From positions 1 to 59,103 of the forward strand of contig CAYQAW010000007.1 in the NCBI GenBank assembly GCA_964415615.1: a stretch of 59,103 nt of DNA, in the 5' to 3' direction. Numbering within the stretch: position 1 is the first letter of the stretch; each line of letters opens with the position of its first letter. The notes under the pieces were generated by a model that was given only the letters and a program-made list of their open reading frames with translations, did no database searches and had not been told where the DNA came from. The translations under genes were made by a program, and so were the position numbers. This document shows, in pieces, positions 9,184-18,330 of the stretch. This DNA is from an uncultured Gammaproteobacteria bacterium (GTDB lineage: Bacteria; Patescibacteriota; Microgenomatia; Daviesbacterales; UBA10151).

Positions 9184-10071
9184 ATGTCAGCACAAAGACA
9201 ACCAGAGTTTGTAAGTGGTGTAAAAAATGTAGCTGCTCCTGATGGATCTTCTTTTGACATCCTAAGAGGAGCATCTGAAGTTACGACTAATCTCAGAGGT
9301 AATGCTTTAGTTCGAATGAGAGAAATAGTACGAGTTAACGAACCAGAAATCCTCCATTTCCTCAATGCTGGACCTGGAATATCCGCTGAGTATGCTATGT
9401 CATCAGGAATTATGCATTCTAAGAAGCCAGGAGTTAAAGCAGACTTAACCAAAATATCTGTTGAAGAACATCTAGCTGAAGGTGATCGTTGGGGAGCAGT
9501 ACATATGCTCGCTTATGCAAAAGCGGCAGAACTACCACTAATTGAATACGGGGAACCTTTTGTAGCAGAGCAATACGATATTTCATTAGAAGAAGGTGAT
9601 CCTGGTGAAGCTTGGCGTATTGCCCGCACCATGCTATCAGAAGGAGACAAGATAGCAAAAATAGAGCCCGAAGTACAAGAGCATGCAACTCAAGCTTGGG
9701 CTGCCAGAGAAAAAAGGGCATTTGAGCTTCATGCAGAAGAAGTATTAGCTAGAACTGATCAGCATGAAGGTGCAAGAGAAGACTGGGACCTTCGAAGTAT
9801 CTTTGAAGAATTAAGATTCCGCCAAGATGGTGGTTTTAATAGTGAGATCCCTAGTGAATTAGCTAAAAGAGTTGCGGAAAAGGTTGTTCAACAAGACTTG
9901 CAAACAAAAGGCAGAGAATGGACTGCTATTATTGATGCAACTGAAGCAAAAATGTCCAATGAATATATAGCTCAACTTAGAGGTCATGTTCCGTCAACAG
10001 GTTTTGAGAAAGTTAAAAATTGGTGGAGTGGAATTAAAGCTAGACTAGAGACTATAATCCCTCGGCAATAA
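9184..10071 (+). CDS. Hypothetical helical protein
   Basis: 295-aa ORF divergent from the 999-aa gene across 60 bp. Confidence 0.65.
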   Translation: MSAQRQPEFVSGVKNVAAPDGSSFDILRGASEVTTNLRGNALVRMREIVRVNEPEILHFLNAGPGISAEYAMSSGIMHSKKPGVKADLTKISVEEHLAEGDRWGAVHMLAYAKAAELPLIEYGEPFVAEQYDISLEEGDPGEAWRIARTMLSEGDKIAKIEPEVQEHATQAWAAREKRAFELHAEEVLARTDQHEGAREDWDLRSIFEELRFRQDGGFNSEIPSELAKRVAEKVVQQDLQTKGREWTAIIDATEAKMSNEYIAQLRGHVPSTGFEKVKNWWSGIKARLETIIPRQ

Positions 10072-10191
10072 TAGTTATCCCTTTGATAAGCGCAATTCTT
10101 TATTGCTTTTTTGAGTGATCCGTAGTAAAATATAGACAAATCGAACCGAAAACTGGCCGTATCGGTAAGCTGATTGAAAAATCTAGGTTCT

Positions 10192-10217
10192 ACCACCCCT
10201 TTGTGGGTGGTTTTTTT
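10192..10217 (+). terminator. Intrinsic terminator-like hairpin (may also belong to a DUF3800-associated RNA on the minus strand)
   Basis: ACCACCC-ctttgt-GGGTGGT followed by a T run. Confidence 0.6.
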
Positions 10218-10221
10218 ATGA

Positions 10222-10800
10222 TTAAACCTCAACTAAGCTTTCTTCTTTTATAGCTTCCTTAAACAGTTTTTCCGAATCTTCAGCCTCTTTATTTAATACA
10301 TCTCTTACAAATCCAGCTATAGCATCAGCTAGTCTTGTTAACGAATTATTTTCATCCCTGCTTACTCCTTGAACCTTTCTAGTAGGAACACCAAGTTTTC
10401 TAAGCTCGCTTCCATATTCCTGCCTTTTGGATTTAGCCAAACCATCAACATAAACTAAGGTGGTATATTCATGAGGCTCCTTAAAATGAATAGCTTTAGC
10501 AATACCCATAATTGTTGCCATATCATAATTGACCTGTTCTTTATAAACTGTGTAGCGAAGTTTGCCTCTAAAAACCTTACAAGAAAAGACTCTCTTCATA
10601 TAATTTAGTCTGCGGTTATGTTCAGCCTTACCCCATTTAAATTTTCCTTTACCGCTATCCTTTTCTATTTCTTCACAAAGATTTAATAATTCATCCCGTT
10701 CCTTGTCAGTAACCACTATAGAGACAACAAACACATCACCTTTTGTATCCTGACCAGATTCATCCACATAACAATAAAGTTTTTGCTTTACATCATTCAT
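10222..10800 (-). CDS. DUF3800 family protein (RNase H-like fold)
   Basis: 'CYVDESG', 'VYVDG' and 'RLADAIAG' acidic motifs. Confidence 0.85.
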   Translation of the reverse strand: MNDVKQKLYCYVDESGQDTKGDVFVVSIVVTDKERDELLNLCEEIEKDSGKGKFKWGKAEHNRRLNYMKRVFSCKVFRGKLRYTVYKEQVNYDMATIMGIAKAIHFKEPHEYTTLVYVDGLAKSKRQEYGSELRKLGVPTRKVQGVSRDENNSLTRLADAIAGFVRDVLNKEAEDSEKLFKEAIKEESLVEV

Positions 10801-10825
10801 ATTAGGATCATACCATTTTCAATAG

Positions 10826-12412
10826 TTAGCTTTCTCTAGCTTCTGCCTCTAATCTCGCTAGCTGTTTTGCTACCCAATTATTATCTACTCCATGCTCAGC
10901 TTTTAACAGATATTCATCCATATCTTCTAATTCAAACTCACAAAAGCCAAAGTCAGTTCTATTTAATTGTTTGAGAGCGTCTTTGATTCTATTATTATGC
11001 GTATTGATGACATTTTGAACTGCTTCTTCAATTCTCCCGATAGAAATATCTTGAGCTAGAGGGTCTTTATTTACAATATCCATTCCATCAAAGTATTTCC
11101 TCTCGATTTCTTCAATTAAAGCTTTATAGTTTACGATTTTTCTAATTAAAATTGTTGCCTGTTCCACAAAATTTACTATCATTTCCTCATAAGTATCTTT
11201 GGAGAACTTAAGAGTTATTTTATTAGCATCGGTGTCTTTATTAATCGCTTGGAAGGGTGCTAACATTCTCAGTAAATCCAACACACTATCAACTTTTGTT
11301 TGCCCATCCTTATCAGGACCAGCAAGAAAAGGCATATTCTCGTTATGTGGGGTGGCAATTACAATATGACGCCAGTTATCACTTTTTAATGCCTGACCAG
11401 AAGATGCAACTTTTCCATCGGCATATCCTATTTCCAAACAATCCTCATTTAATGGATTCCAATGAATATGACTTGATCCTTCCTCACCTGCAAACTTTTG
11501 ATGTCTTTCAGTCCAATCATAGTAACTACCAGCCTCAATTCCATTATCTTTGGCTTTAAGTTGGCCTACTTTTACTGCTTCTAATAGCCTTAATCTTTCT
11601 TCTTCTATAGTTTTTTGCCAAAGATCAAACTCTTCTTGAGTGGGAATCATAAAATAATCTTTATAGCTTTTCTTAATTTCCTCATGTAATTTGTCTTCTG
11701 TTAAATCTACATATTTGCTTACCCAACTAAAAAGTGGTTCATCTCCCTCTAGTCTTGTTTTTCTTTCTTTATATTCTTCAATTCCCTTTTTAATCTCTTG
11801 CAGCTTTTCATTAAATAAATCCTCTTCGGTTTTGCCATAATTTTCTATAAAGTCCAAATATTCATCTAAATCTCCACCTTCTAAAATCTTTCCCTCTTTA
11901 ATTAGTCTGGCGTAAGCTTCTTCCTCAGCTAAGTTATACCTATCATGAAGCTGGATTACTTGAGCTCTTTCAAATTCTCTTGCTGATAAAACACCCTCGT
12001 CATAATCCTTCTTACTTACAATTACTGGAACTCTGGATAATTCGTCAATCATATGCTGAATAAGAAAATCAATAGAAATTAAATAGCTTAAAGCTCTTAT
12101 ATCTCCAGCCATAAGCTCTATTCTGGTTAAATAATCACACATTTTGCCAATAATCTCTTTCCAAACAGCTTTATGGAGACTAACTAAATAATTATATTCA
12201 GAAGCATCTGATGATGGGCAAGAAGCTATAATCATTCTTATATCGGCTTGAGTAGACAAAGTAGGCCTTGTATCTATTTCTCCTTCGTCATATTTTTGAG
12301 CTTCTCCTATAGGTAATTCGTTTAACCCTTTAAGTTCTAGAGAAATTACCAGTTTTGCTCTTTCTTTTGGAGTCATCGCAGATGATATTTTGCTTAAATC
12401 TAAGTTAGTCAT
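10826..12412 (-). CDS. Hypothetical acidic helical protein
   Basis: 528-aa ORF directly abutting the 127-aa gene. Confidence 0.65.
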   Translation of the reverse strand: MTNLDLSKISSAMTPKERAKLVISLELKGLNELPIGEAQKYDEGEIDTRPTLSTQADIRMIIASCPSSDASEYNYLVSLHKAVWKEIIGKMCDYLTRIELMAGDIRALSYLISIDFLIQHMIDELSRVPVIVSKKDYDEGVLSAREFERAQVIQLHDRYNLAEEEAYARLIKEGKILEGGDLDEYLDFIENYGKTEEDLFNEKLQEIKKGIEEYKERKTRLEGDEPLFSWVSKYVDLTEDKLHEEIKKSYKDYFMIPTQEEFDLWQKTIEEERLRLLEAVKVGQLKAKDNGIEAGSYYDWTERHQKFAGEEGSSHIHWNPLNEDCLEIGYADGKVASSGQALKSDNWRHIVIATPHNENMPFLAGPDKDGQTKVDSVLDLLRMLAPFQAINKDTDANKITLKFSKDTYEEMIVNFVEQATILIRKIVNYKALIEEIERKYFDGMDIVNKDPLAQDISIGRIEEAVQNVINTHNNRIKDALKQLNRTDFGFCEFELEDMDEYLLKAEHGVDNNWVAKQLARLEAEARES

Positions 12413-12796
12413 CTAAAATTTCCTCCCTTTTGAGGCTATTTTTCTTTGAAATAAGACACTCTCAATCATTTCAACTCTTTGATCCATATCTGAAACTTCT
12501 AAAGCCTTAAGCATGTGTCCTGCTAAATAACCAATGGTATTGGCAATATTGGGCGGAATTTCACCACTTCTTACACTATTGATGGTGCTTTCCAAAAGAT
12601 CTACCACTTGTTGAGGAGTTTTTATTTCTAGGGGAACAAGTGCTAAAACAGTCTTTTTGCTAGCATATCCACCTTTGGTAACTGCAAGTTGTTTGTCCTG
12701 TTGAGTCTCTGGATTATGGCTAAAGCAAAAGGTAGCCTCCTTGATTGACATGGCTCCACATTGCTCACCATCTTCTTTTATGTACTGACACTGCAT
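12413..12796 (-). CDS. CCCH Zn-finger protein, small-terminase-like
   Basis: N-terminal C-x9-C-x10-C-x2-H, then 'KGG' and a helical tail. Confidence 0.45.
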   Translation of the reverse strand: MQCQYIKEDGEQCGAMSIKEATFCFSHNPETQQDKQLAVTKGGYASKKTVLALVPLEIKTPQQVVDLLESTINSVRSGEIPPNIANTIGYLAGHMLKALEVSDMDQRVEMIESVLFQRKIASKGRKF

Positions 12797-13018
12797 AAGC
12801 TACGCTTACGGGGTATACCCCTAAATCCTCCTTTTCATGCGTAATTAAAACTTTTTATATTTAAATGATTCTTTAGAAGATCAAGTTGAAATGCTAGAAG
12901 TTTGGCTTGTTCTGAGGTATCATTAAATAGGTTTTGGAGTCCGACCCTAATACCGACTCCCGCTCATAGTCTCGTCCTTTTTGTTTCACAAAAAGAGACG
13001 GACTCATTAAACAGCGCA

Positions 13019-13273
13019 ATGTATACACTATACGTTCTTAAAAGCCTCAAGGATGGAAGGACGTATGTTGGTTGTACTAAAGATTTTGAAAATAGGCTTA
13101 GGGAACACAATGCTGGTGAAGTGAAATCTACAAAAAGTAGGATTCCATTTGTGCTTTGGTACAAAGAAGGATATCAGGATAAATATGAAGCTTTTAAACG
13201 CGAACAACATTTTAAAACTTCCTGGGGGCGTAGACAGTTAAGGAAAATTCTTGATAACTTGCCAGAAGCGTAA
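13019..13273 (+). CDS. Small GIY-YIG nuclease (UPF0213-like)
   Basis: 'MYTLYVLKS...TYVG.T...RLREHNAG...REQHFK'; ATG at 13019 preferred over the track start 12902. Confidence 0.88.
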   Translation: MYTLYVLKSLKDGRTYVGCTKDFENRLREHNAGEVKSTKSRIPFVLWYKEGYQDKYEAFKREQHFKTSWGRRQLRKILDNLPEA

Positions 13274-13295
13274 CTATCTAGTAAACTCTTAATAT

Positions 13296-14000
13296 ATGGG
13301 AAACGATACAAACAATGATGAACTAAATAAGACATCACCGTTATCTTCAAAATCATCAAAAACAAATTATGTCGTACTTGTATTAACAGTTTTAGTTTGT
13401 TCTCTCGTTTTTGGTGCGGGAGGTTATTACTTAGGAACAAAATCATCAGTTAATAAGCAGGTTACCACCAAAATACCTTCACCTCAAAATATCGTAAAAG
13501 AGGAAGTAAAAAAGTCAAATTTGCCATTTCCAATAGTACGAGTTAAAAAACAGGTAAGTTACAGTGACTGGACTCGGTACAAATATAAGTCAGGTTATAG
13601 TTTTTATTACCCAAATGATTGGTTTATTAGTGAAGAAGGGCTGCAAGTTCAAAATTGGGATCCTAAAAGCCCTAATCTTAGACCAAGGCCCCTTTCGGGA
13701 GAAGAGACTAAATGGGATTTAAGTTTTAATGAACAACCCCTCTCTTCTTTCGAGGGGGTGATGACCCAAGCTGATACAAGTGTAAGCAACTGGGATTCAA
13801 TAGAAGTTTCATCAACTTTAAAAGGTTGGCCTGTTTATTTTGCTTATAAAGAAAAAACTGAGCCAATGGGAAATCCTTATTTGGTTGCCGTTGTTGTCAC
13901 CCCTGAAAACAAAATATTATCATGGCATGGCTTTTCAGGTGACGCTAAAAGTGTGAATATAGAAAAATTAAAACAAATTGTAGAAAGCCTACAAAAATAA
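13296..14000 (+). CDS. Membrane-anchored exported protein (PsbP-like fold possible)
   Basis: N-terminal TM helix, 'YSFYYPNDW' motif. Confidence 0.6.
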   Translation: MGNDTNNDELNKTSPLSSKSSKTNYVVLVLTVLVCSLVFGAGGYYLGTKSSVNKQVTTKIPSPQNIVKEEVKKSNLPFPIVRVKKQVSYSDWTRYKYKSGYSFYYPNDWFISEEGLQVQNWDPKSPNLRPRPLSGEETKWDLSFNEQPLSSFEGVMTQADTSVSNWDSIEVSSTLKGWPVYFAYKEKTEPMGNPYLVAVVVTPENKILSWHGFSGDAKSVNIEKLKQIVESLQK

Positions 14001-14161
14001 AGCAGTCCGTCTTGGCAGCAAGGATCGATTTTCTAATATGCATACTTATACATTTTTTAGTCCTAAAGTATAGACTAAATCAGGTAAAAGGCCGTCAGAT
14101 AGGAATAATTTGAAGAATTCTGGCAGTCTGGCTAAGACCTCGTCAGGAGCTCCCAGTCCAG

Positions 14162-14196
14162 ATTCTCCACACAGACAGAAAATCTGTATGGAGAAT
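14162..14196. terminator. Hairpin between convergent genes
   Basis: ATTCTCCA-cACAGA...TCTGTa-TGGAGAAT. Confidence 0.5.
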
Positions 14197-14226
14197 TTAA
14201 GATAATCCTTAATAGATCCTCTGCTC

Positions 14227-14454
14227 TTACATTGTTTGATAAGGCTGATCCATTTCTTTCTTACCCCAACCTAATACCTTCATCACATCATCAGCAGAGG
14301 TATAAACCTTATCTGCAAGATGCTCTTCAAACCATTTTTTATCTTCCTTGGAAAAATCAGAAAGGTTTTCACACTCTTTAACCAAATCCTCTTTGCTGGC
14401 TGGATAACTCTGATGGTTTTTCAGATGATCCATGGCTCCTGACATATTTTGCAT
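14227..14454 (-). CDS. DUF2795-like small protein
   Basis: 'YPASKEDLV...YTSADDV' pattern. Confidence 0.55.
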   Translation of the reverse strand: MQNMSGAMDHLKNHQSYPASKEDLVKECENLSDFSKEDKKWFEEHLADKVYTSADDVMKVLGWGKKEMDQPYQTM

Positions 14455-14560
14455 TTATTCTCACCCCCTTCCAGTACCTGCAAGTATCTAATATTCTTTT
14501 AAGATTTACAGAATTTTTCAGTAAGAAATAGGTGATAAATTATGATATAATCCATTGATT

Positions 14561-14728
14561 ATGGCAAAAAAAGGCAACAGGCAGTTATTTAGCTTTCAGT
14601 GTTCAACTTGTAAAAGTAAGAACTATACTGCTACAAAAAACACAGTAAATATTAAAGAAAAGCTTGCTTTGAGTAAATTTTGTAAACACTGCAGAAAATC
14701 CACAGAACACAAAGAAGTAAAACTCTAA
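14561..14728 (+). CDS. rpmG: 50S ribosomal protein L33 (Zn-ribbon C+ form); not in the ORF track
   Basis: Hand translation MAKKGNRQLFSFQCSTCKSKNYTATKNTVNIKEKLALSKFCKHCRKSTEHKEVKL. Confidence 0.95.
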   Translation: MAKKGNRQLFSFQCSTCKSKNYTATKNTVNIKEKLALSKFCKHCRKSTEHKEVKL

Positions 14729-14782
14729 AATCCAGGTTACAGTTTACAGTTAACAGTTAACAGGTTACAATTAACCCAGCTT

Positions 14783-14853
14783 AGGGATGTGATGAAATGG
14801 TATCATAGAGGTCTCCAAAACCTTTTTTTCAGGTCCGAATCCTGACATCCCTG
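14783..14853 (+). tRNA. tRNA-Trp(CCA)
   Basis: AGGGATG/CATCCCT acceptor, anticodon loop CT-CCA-AA, T arm TCAGG-TCCGAAT-CCTGA; usual position after rpmG. Confidence 0.9.
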
Positions 14854-14858
14854 CCCAT

Positions 14859-15566
14859 TTAGAAATTTACCTTAATTCTGGCAGATTGGACAAATAAAGT
14901 TTTGCCTTGAGTGCTTTTTATTTGGATCGAATAAGTCTTCTGCCCGCTGGGCAACTTGAATGTTGCCGAAGTCTGACTACCAAAACTAGTTGAAGTTGTG
15001 CTCAACTCCGAAGAAATAGCACTATTGTCTGTTATATTATATAACCTGACAGATCCTATACCTGCTGCTTCTGTTAACCTGAAATTTGCCTCAAGTTGCA
15101 TACTGGAATAACCTGAATAATTATCCGTATTAATTGAGATCTGATATTCAGCCAAGCTTTCCCAATTCTGATTATCCCAAGGCCCTCCACCAGAACCTAA
15201 AGGAATATATAAAGGATATTTGGCACTGCTCACTGCTGGAGCAGGAGTGGCTTTTTCCAAAACTGCAATACGGGTTTTTAAATCAATAATTGTTGATTCT
15301 AAATCCTTAATTTTTGAATCAGCAGAACTGGAAATATTAACTTGTGGACTTGGGGATTTCAGATTATTAACCTGGGGCACAGGTTCTGCTGTGCTGACTG
15401 CAGGCAAAGTTTTAGGTACTTCTACAGGAGCTTGAACTTGTTGATCAACTTGAGAATTTATCTTTTGTGGTGTTTGCAAGCCCTGTTTGCCTGCCAGATA
15501 TCTCCAATAACCCAGCCCAGAAACTATAATCACAGGTATTAAAATAAAAGGCAGCAGTCTAATCAT
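14859..15566 (-). CDS. Membrane-anchored hypothetical protein
   Basis: N-terminal TM, Pro-rich linker, short coiled coil, beta-rich C-terminal domain. Confidence 0.65.
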   Translation of the reverse strand: MIRLLPFILIPVIIVSGLGYWRYLAGKQGLQTPQKINSQVDQQVQAPVEVPKTLPAVSTAEPVPQVNNLKSPSPQVNISSSADSKIKDLESTIIDLKTRIAVLEKATPAPAVSSAKYPLYIPLGSGGGPWDNQNWESLAEYQISINTDNYSGYSSMQLEANFRLTEAAGIGSVRLYNITDNSAISSELSTTSTSFGSQTSATFKLPSGQKTYSIQIKSTQGKTLFVQSARIKVNF

Positions 15567-15633
15567 AAATTAATAATACCACAACCTGTCCTAGTTTGAT
15601 TTTAAACTTATAGTCTGGTAAAATACTCAACTT

Positions 15634-16266
15634 ATGTTCAAAAAGTCTCTTTTGACCTTGGCCATCATCCCTTATTTAGTTAACCCTTTCCCTGACAACT
15701 ATCTGCTTGCCCGAAAAGAGATGTCTTTAGACAATCGTTACAGTAATCAATTTGTAAATAATGTTTTCAAAGATAATATCTTACTAAACCTGGCCTACAT
15801 GACAGGCAGGGTGACAAAAGCCTCAGACATTAAATGGGATGAAATAGTCAAACCCTTTCAGTATGAATTTAAACTGGATCCCAATAAAACTTTTGCTTTT
15901 CATGAGGATGTAAAAGATAAGTATAAAGCAAGCTTAGTAAAAACCACCAATGCCCATTTTAACTCTGCTGAAGGCTTTAAAACTGATGGATATTTGTTTG
16001 GAGATGGAATCTGTCATCTTGCTTCTTTGATAAATTGGGCAGCAAAAGAAGCAGGTTTGGAAGTTGAAGCACCAACCAATCATGACTTTGCTATCATCCC
16101 TGATATTTCCAAAGAGTATGGAGTATCTATTTATTCTTCACCATTCTCTAAAGGCTCAAATGCCCTGCAAAATTTATATATAACTAACAATAAAGGCAAA
16201 CCAATTACTTTCAAGTTTGAGTATTATAATAACAATCTAAAAGTATCTATTGTTGAGCTAAATTAA
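15634..16266 (+). CDS. VanW-like domain protein
   Basis: 'GDGICHLAS', 'PTNHDF', 'LYITNNKGKPI'. Confidence 0.75.
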   Translation: MFKKSLLTLAIIPYLVNPFPDNYLLARKEMSLDNRYSNQFVNNVFKDNILLNLAYMTGRVTKASDIKWDEIVKPFQYEFKLDPNKTFAFHEDVKDKYKASLVKTTNAHFNSAEGFKTDGYLFGDGICHLASLINWAAKEAGLEVEAPTNHDFAIIPDISKEYGVSIYSSPFSKGSNALQNLYITNNKGKPITFKFEYYNNNLKVSIVELN

Positions 16267-16270
16267 ATTT

Positions 16271-17017
16271 ATGCCAGGCTCCCCTGAATTATTAGACAAA
16301 TGGATCACAACAGGCTTTAATTCTCAAGCAGTTGCTGGTTATGGCACTAGTGTGGAATTTCTAAAGCAGGCATTAGTAACTGGAGAAATACCATGGGGTG
16401 TACCTCAAGATGGTCAAGAGATATTACCTTACCAGCAAAAAATATTAGCCAAAGGAGGTTATCTCTACTTTGCATATCCTTTTGTTGAAAATCTACAGCC
16501 TTATAAACCAAAGCTTGTCAAGAAACTCCGCGTAGTGCCTAATAATGATCTCACTCACAATTCAATCCACGACCAACTTAGTGACTACGCGAGACGTCAA
16601 GCAGTTGAACACCATTTTGAATCATTAACAGATATAAAAAGGGGGGACGACAGAGCAATTGTTTTTCTGACTTATCTGCTTTTCCCAGATTTAATAAGCC
16701 AGTTCAAAGATGATGAATTTCTGGAAAGTTGTTTCTATGCTTTCAAAGCTGACGCTAATTGGCAAGCTCCCCCTGATCTGGGTCTTAATAACTCTACCAT
16801 ACCGCTTCCCCGGTTAAAGGAAATTTTAGCCAGCTGTGTTGAGAAAAGAGGATTAATTATATATTACAACGAAAAAATATTACGCAACCGTGTTTTGCCT
16901 GGATTCGAGCTGGAAAGTGAAATTATGATTCATACCAAAAAACCACTAACCCTAGCTGTTATATCTGGCATCAAACCATTGGCTAAACCAGATATCAAGG
17001 CTTTACACTGCAGTTAA
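16271..17017 (+). CDS. Hypothetical protein (possible ADP-ribosyltransferase-like fold)
   Basis: 248 aa; 'GYGTS' near the N-terminus and 'ESEIMI' near the C-terminus. Confidence 0.55.
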   Translation: MPGSPELLDKWITTGFNSQAVAGYGTSVEFLKQALVTGEIPWGVPQDGQEILPYQQKILAKGGYLYFAYPFVENLQPYKPKLVKKLRVVPNNDLTHNSIHDQLSDYARRQAVEHHFESLTDIKRGDDRAIVFLTYLLFPDLISQFKDDEFLESCFYAFKADANWQAPPDLGLNNSTIPLPRLKEILASCVEKRGLIIYYNEKILRNRVLPGFELESEIMIHTKKPLTLAVISGIKPLAKPDIKALHCS

Positions 17018-17037
17018 CTCTGGGCTAATATTAAATC

Positions 17038-18330
17038 ATGCCTCAAAAGCCACCTGCTGAGCACCATGATCATGGGATATTAAAATTTCCTGAGGGGTTT
17101 TTGTGGGGAGCTGCCACATCTGCTTATCAGGTAGAGGGTAATAATACCAACGCAGATTGGGAAGAATTTAAAAGCGCAGGCAAAGCCTGTGATCAATATA
17201 ACCTTTATGAGCAAGATTTTAAGCTAGCAAAGGAACTAAATCATAACTCTCACAGGCTCTCTATTGAATGGTCCAGGATAGAACCCAAAGAGGGAGAATT
17301 TGACTGCTCAGAAATTGAGCACTACAAAAAGGTATTACAATCTTTAAAAGATAAGGGTTTTACTGTTATGCTAACTTTATGGCATTTTACCCTGCCTAAA
17401 TGGATAGCAGATAAAGGTGGCTGGGAAAACAGCAAAACTCCCTGGTATTTTGAAAGATTTGTCAAAACTATTGTTCCCCAAATTGCTGAGTATGTTGATT
17501 TATGGGTAACTTTGAATGAACCTGGGGTATATGTTTATGATGTATATGTTGAAAAAGTCTGGCCTCCTGTCAAAAAAGGTTGGTTCGGACAAATCAAGAC
17601 TTTTTTGAATCTGGTTTCTGCCCACAAAAGGGTCTACAAATACTTACACTCCACTTTTCCTGCAGGCAAACCTGTAGGCATTGCCAACAATATTTTATCT
17701 TTTGAATCATTCCATAAACACTCAATCAGGGAACAATTGGCAGTTTTTCTAAATGATGTTTTTGTAAATCATCTGTTTTATATATTAACTGTCAAGACCC
17801 ATGATTTTTTGGGGATTAATTATTATTTCCATGTCCGTTTCAAAGGTAAAGAACTAACAGCACAATCTCAAAATATCACAGGAGCAACTCATGATGTATC
17901 TGATTTAGGCTGGGAAATTTACCCTGAGGGAATATTTGAAGTACTGACTGATTTTGCTGATGGCATACCTATATATATTACTGAATGTGGGATTGCCTCT
18001 ACCAATGATGACAGAAGAAACAGGTTTTTAATTGCTTATTTGCAGGAAGTAGCCAGAGCTATAAAATCAGGTGTTAATGTAAGAGGATTTTTTTACTGGT
18101 CTTTAATTGATAATTTTGAATGGCATTTAGGGTATAGCCCTAGGTTTGGCCTTGTCGAGGTTGATTATGAAACAGAGAAACGCCATATCAGGCCATCAGC
18201 CCTGGTGTATACAGATATTATTCAAAACAATGGAATTCCTCATGCCCTACTTCGCTTTATTGGCCACACTGTCCAGGCAGAAGAAGTTTTGGAAAAAAGA
18301 CAAAAGGAGATAGAGAAAGAATTGAAATAG
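17038..18330 (+). CDS. Glycoside hydrolase family 1 (beta-glucosidase-like)
   Basis: 'FLWGAATSAYQVEG', 'TLNEP' acid/base, 'ITECG' nucleophile, 'WSLIDNFEW'. Confidence 0.95.
   Translation: MPQKPPAEHHDHGILKFPEGFLWGAATSAYQVEGNNTNADWEEFKSAGKACDQYNLYEQDFKLAKELNHNSHRLSIEWSRIEPKEGEFDCSEIEHYKKVLQSLKDKGFTVMLTLWHFTLPKWIADKGGWENSKTPWYFERFVKTIVPQIAEYVDLWVTLNEPGVYVYDVYVEKVWPPVKKGWFGQIKTFLNLVSAHKRVYKYLHSTFPAGKPVGIANNILSFESFHKHSIREQLAVFLNDVFVNHLFYILTVKTHDFLGINYYFHVRFKGKELTAQSQNITGATHDVSDLGWEIYPEGIFEVLTDFADGIPIYITECGIASTNDDRRNRFLIAYLQEVARAIKSGVNVRGFFYWSLIDNFEWHLGYSPRFGLVEVDYETEKRHIRPSALVYTDIIQNNGIPHALLRFIGHTVQAEEVLEKRQKEIEKELK

Larger units (their letters stand above)
1006..12945. mobile_element. Integrative element/genomic island at tRNA-Thr(GGU); right end uncertain (about 4.57 kb or about 12.94 kb)
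   Basis: Recombinase abutting a tRNA, followed by DUF5659, ATPase, DUF3800 and hypothetical genes; short repeats at 1025-1050/4549-4574 and 1062-1070/12937-12945. Confidence 0.65.

Noticed and set aside
12902-13018. Extended N-termini in the track (GIY-YIG 12902; also VapC 37216, DUF5674 30233, 47394, 48387)
   Set aside because: The extensions run through palindromes, promoters or neighbouring genes; downstream ATGs match the family starts.
14162-14196. Hairpin as the island right end or a new ncRNA
   Set aside because: Its position between convergent genes is adequately explained by a terminator.
984-14200. Classical attR duplicating the tRNA 3' end
   Set aside because: No second copy of the T-arm/acceptor sequence found by eye; long identity is not required by serine recombinases.
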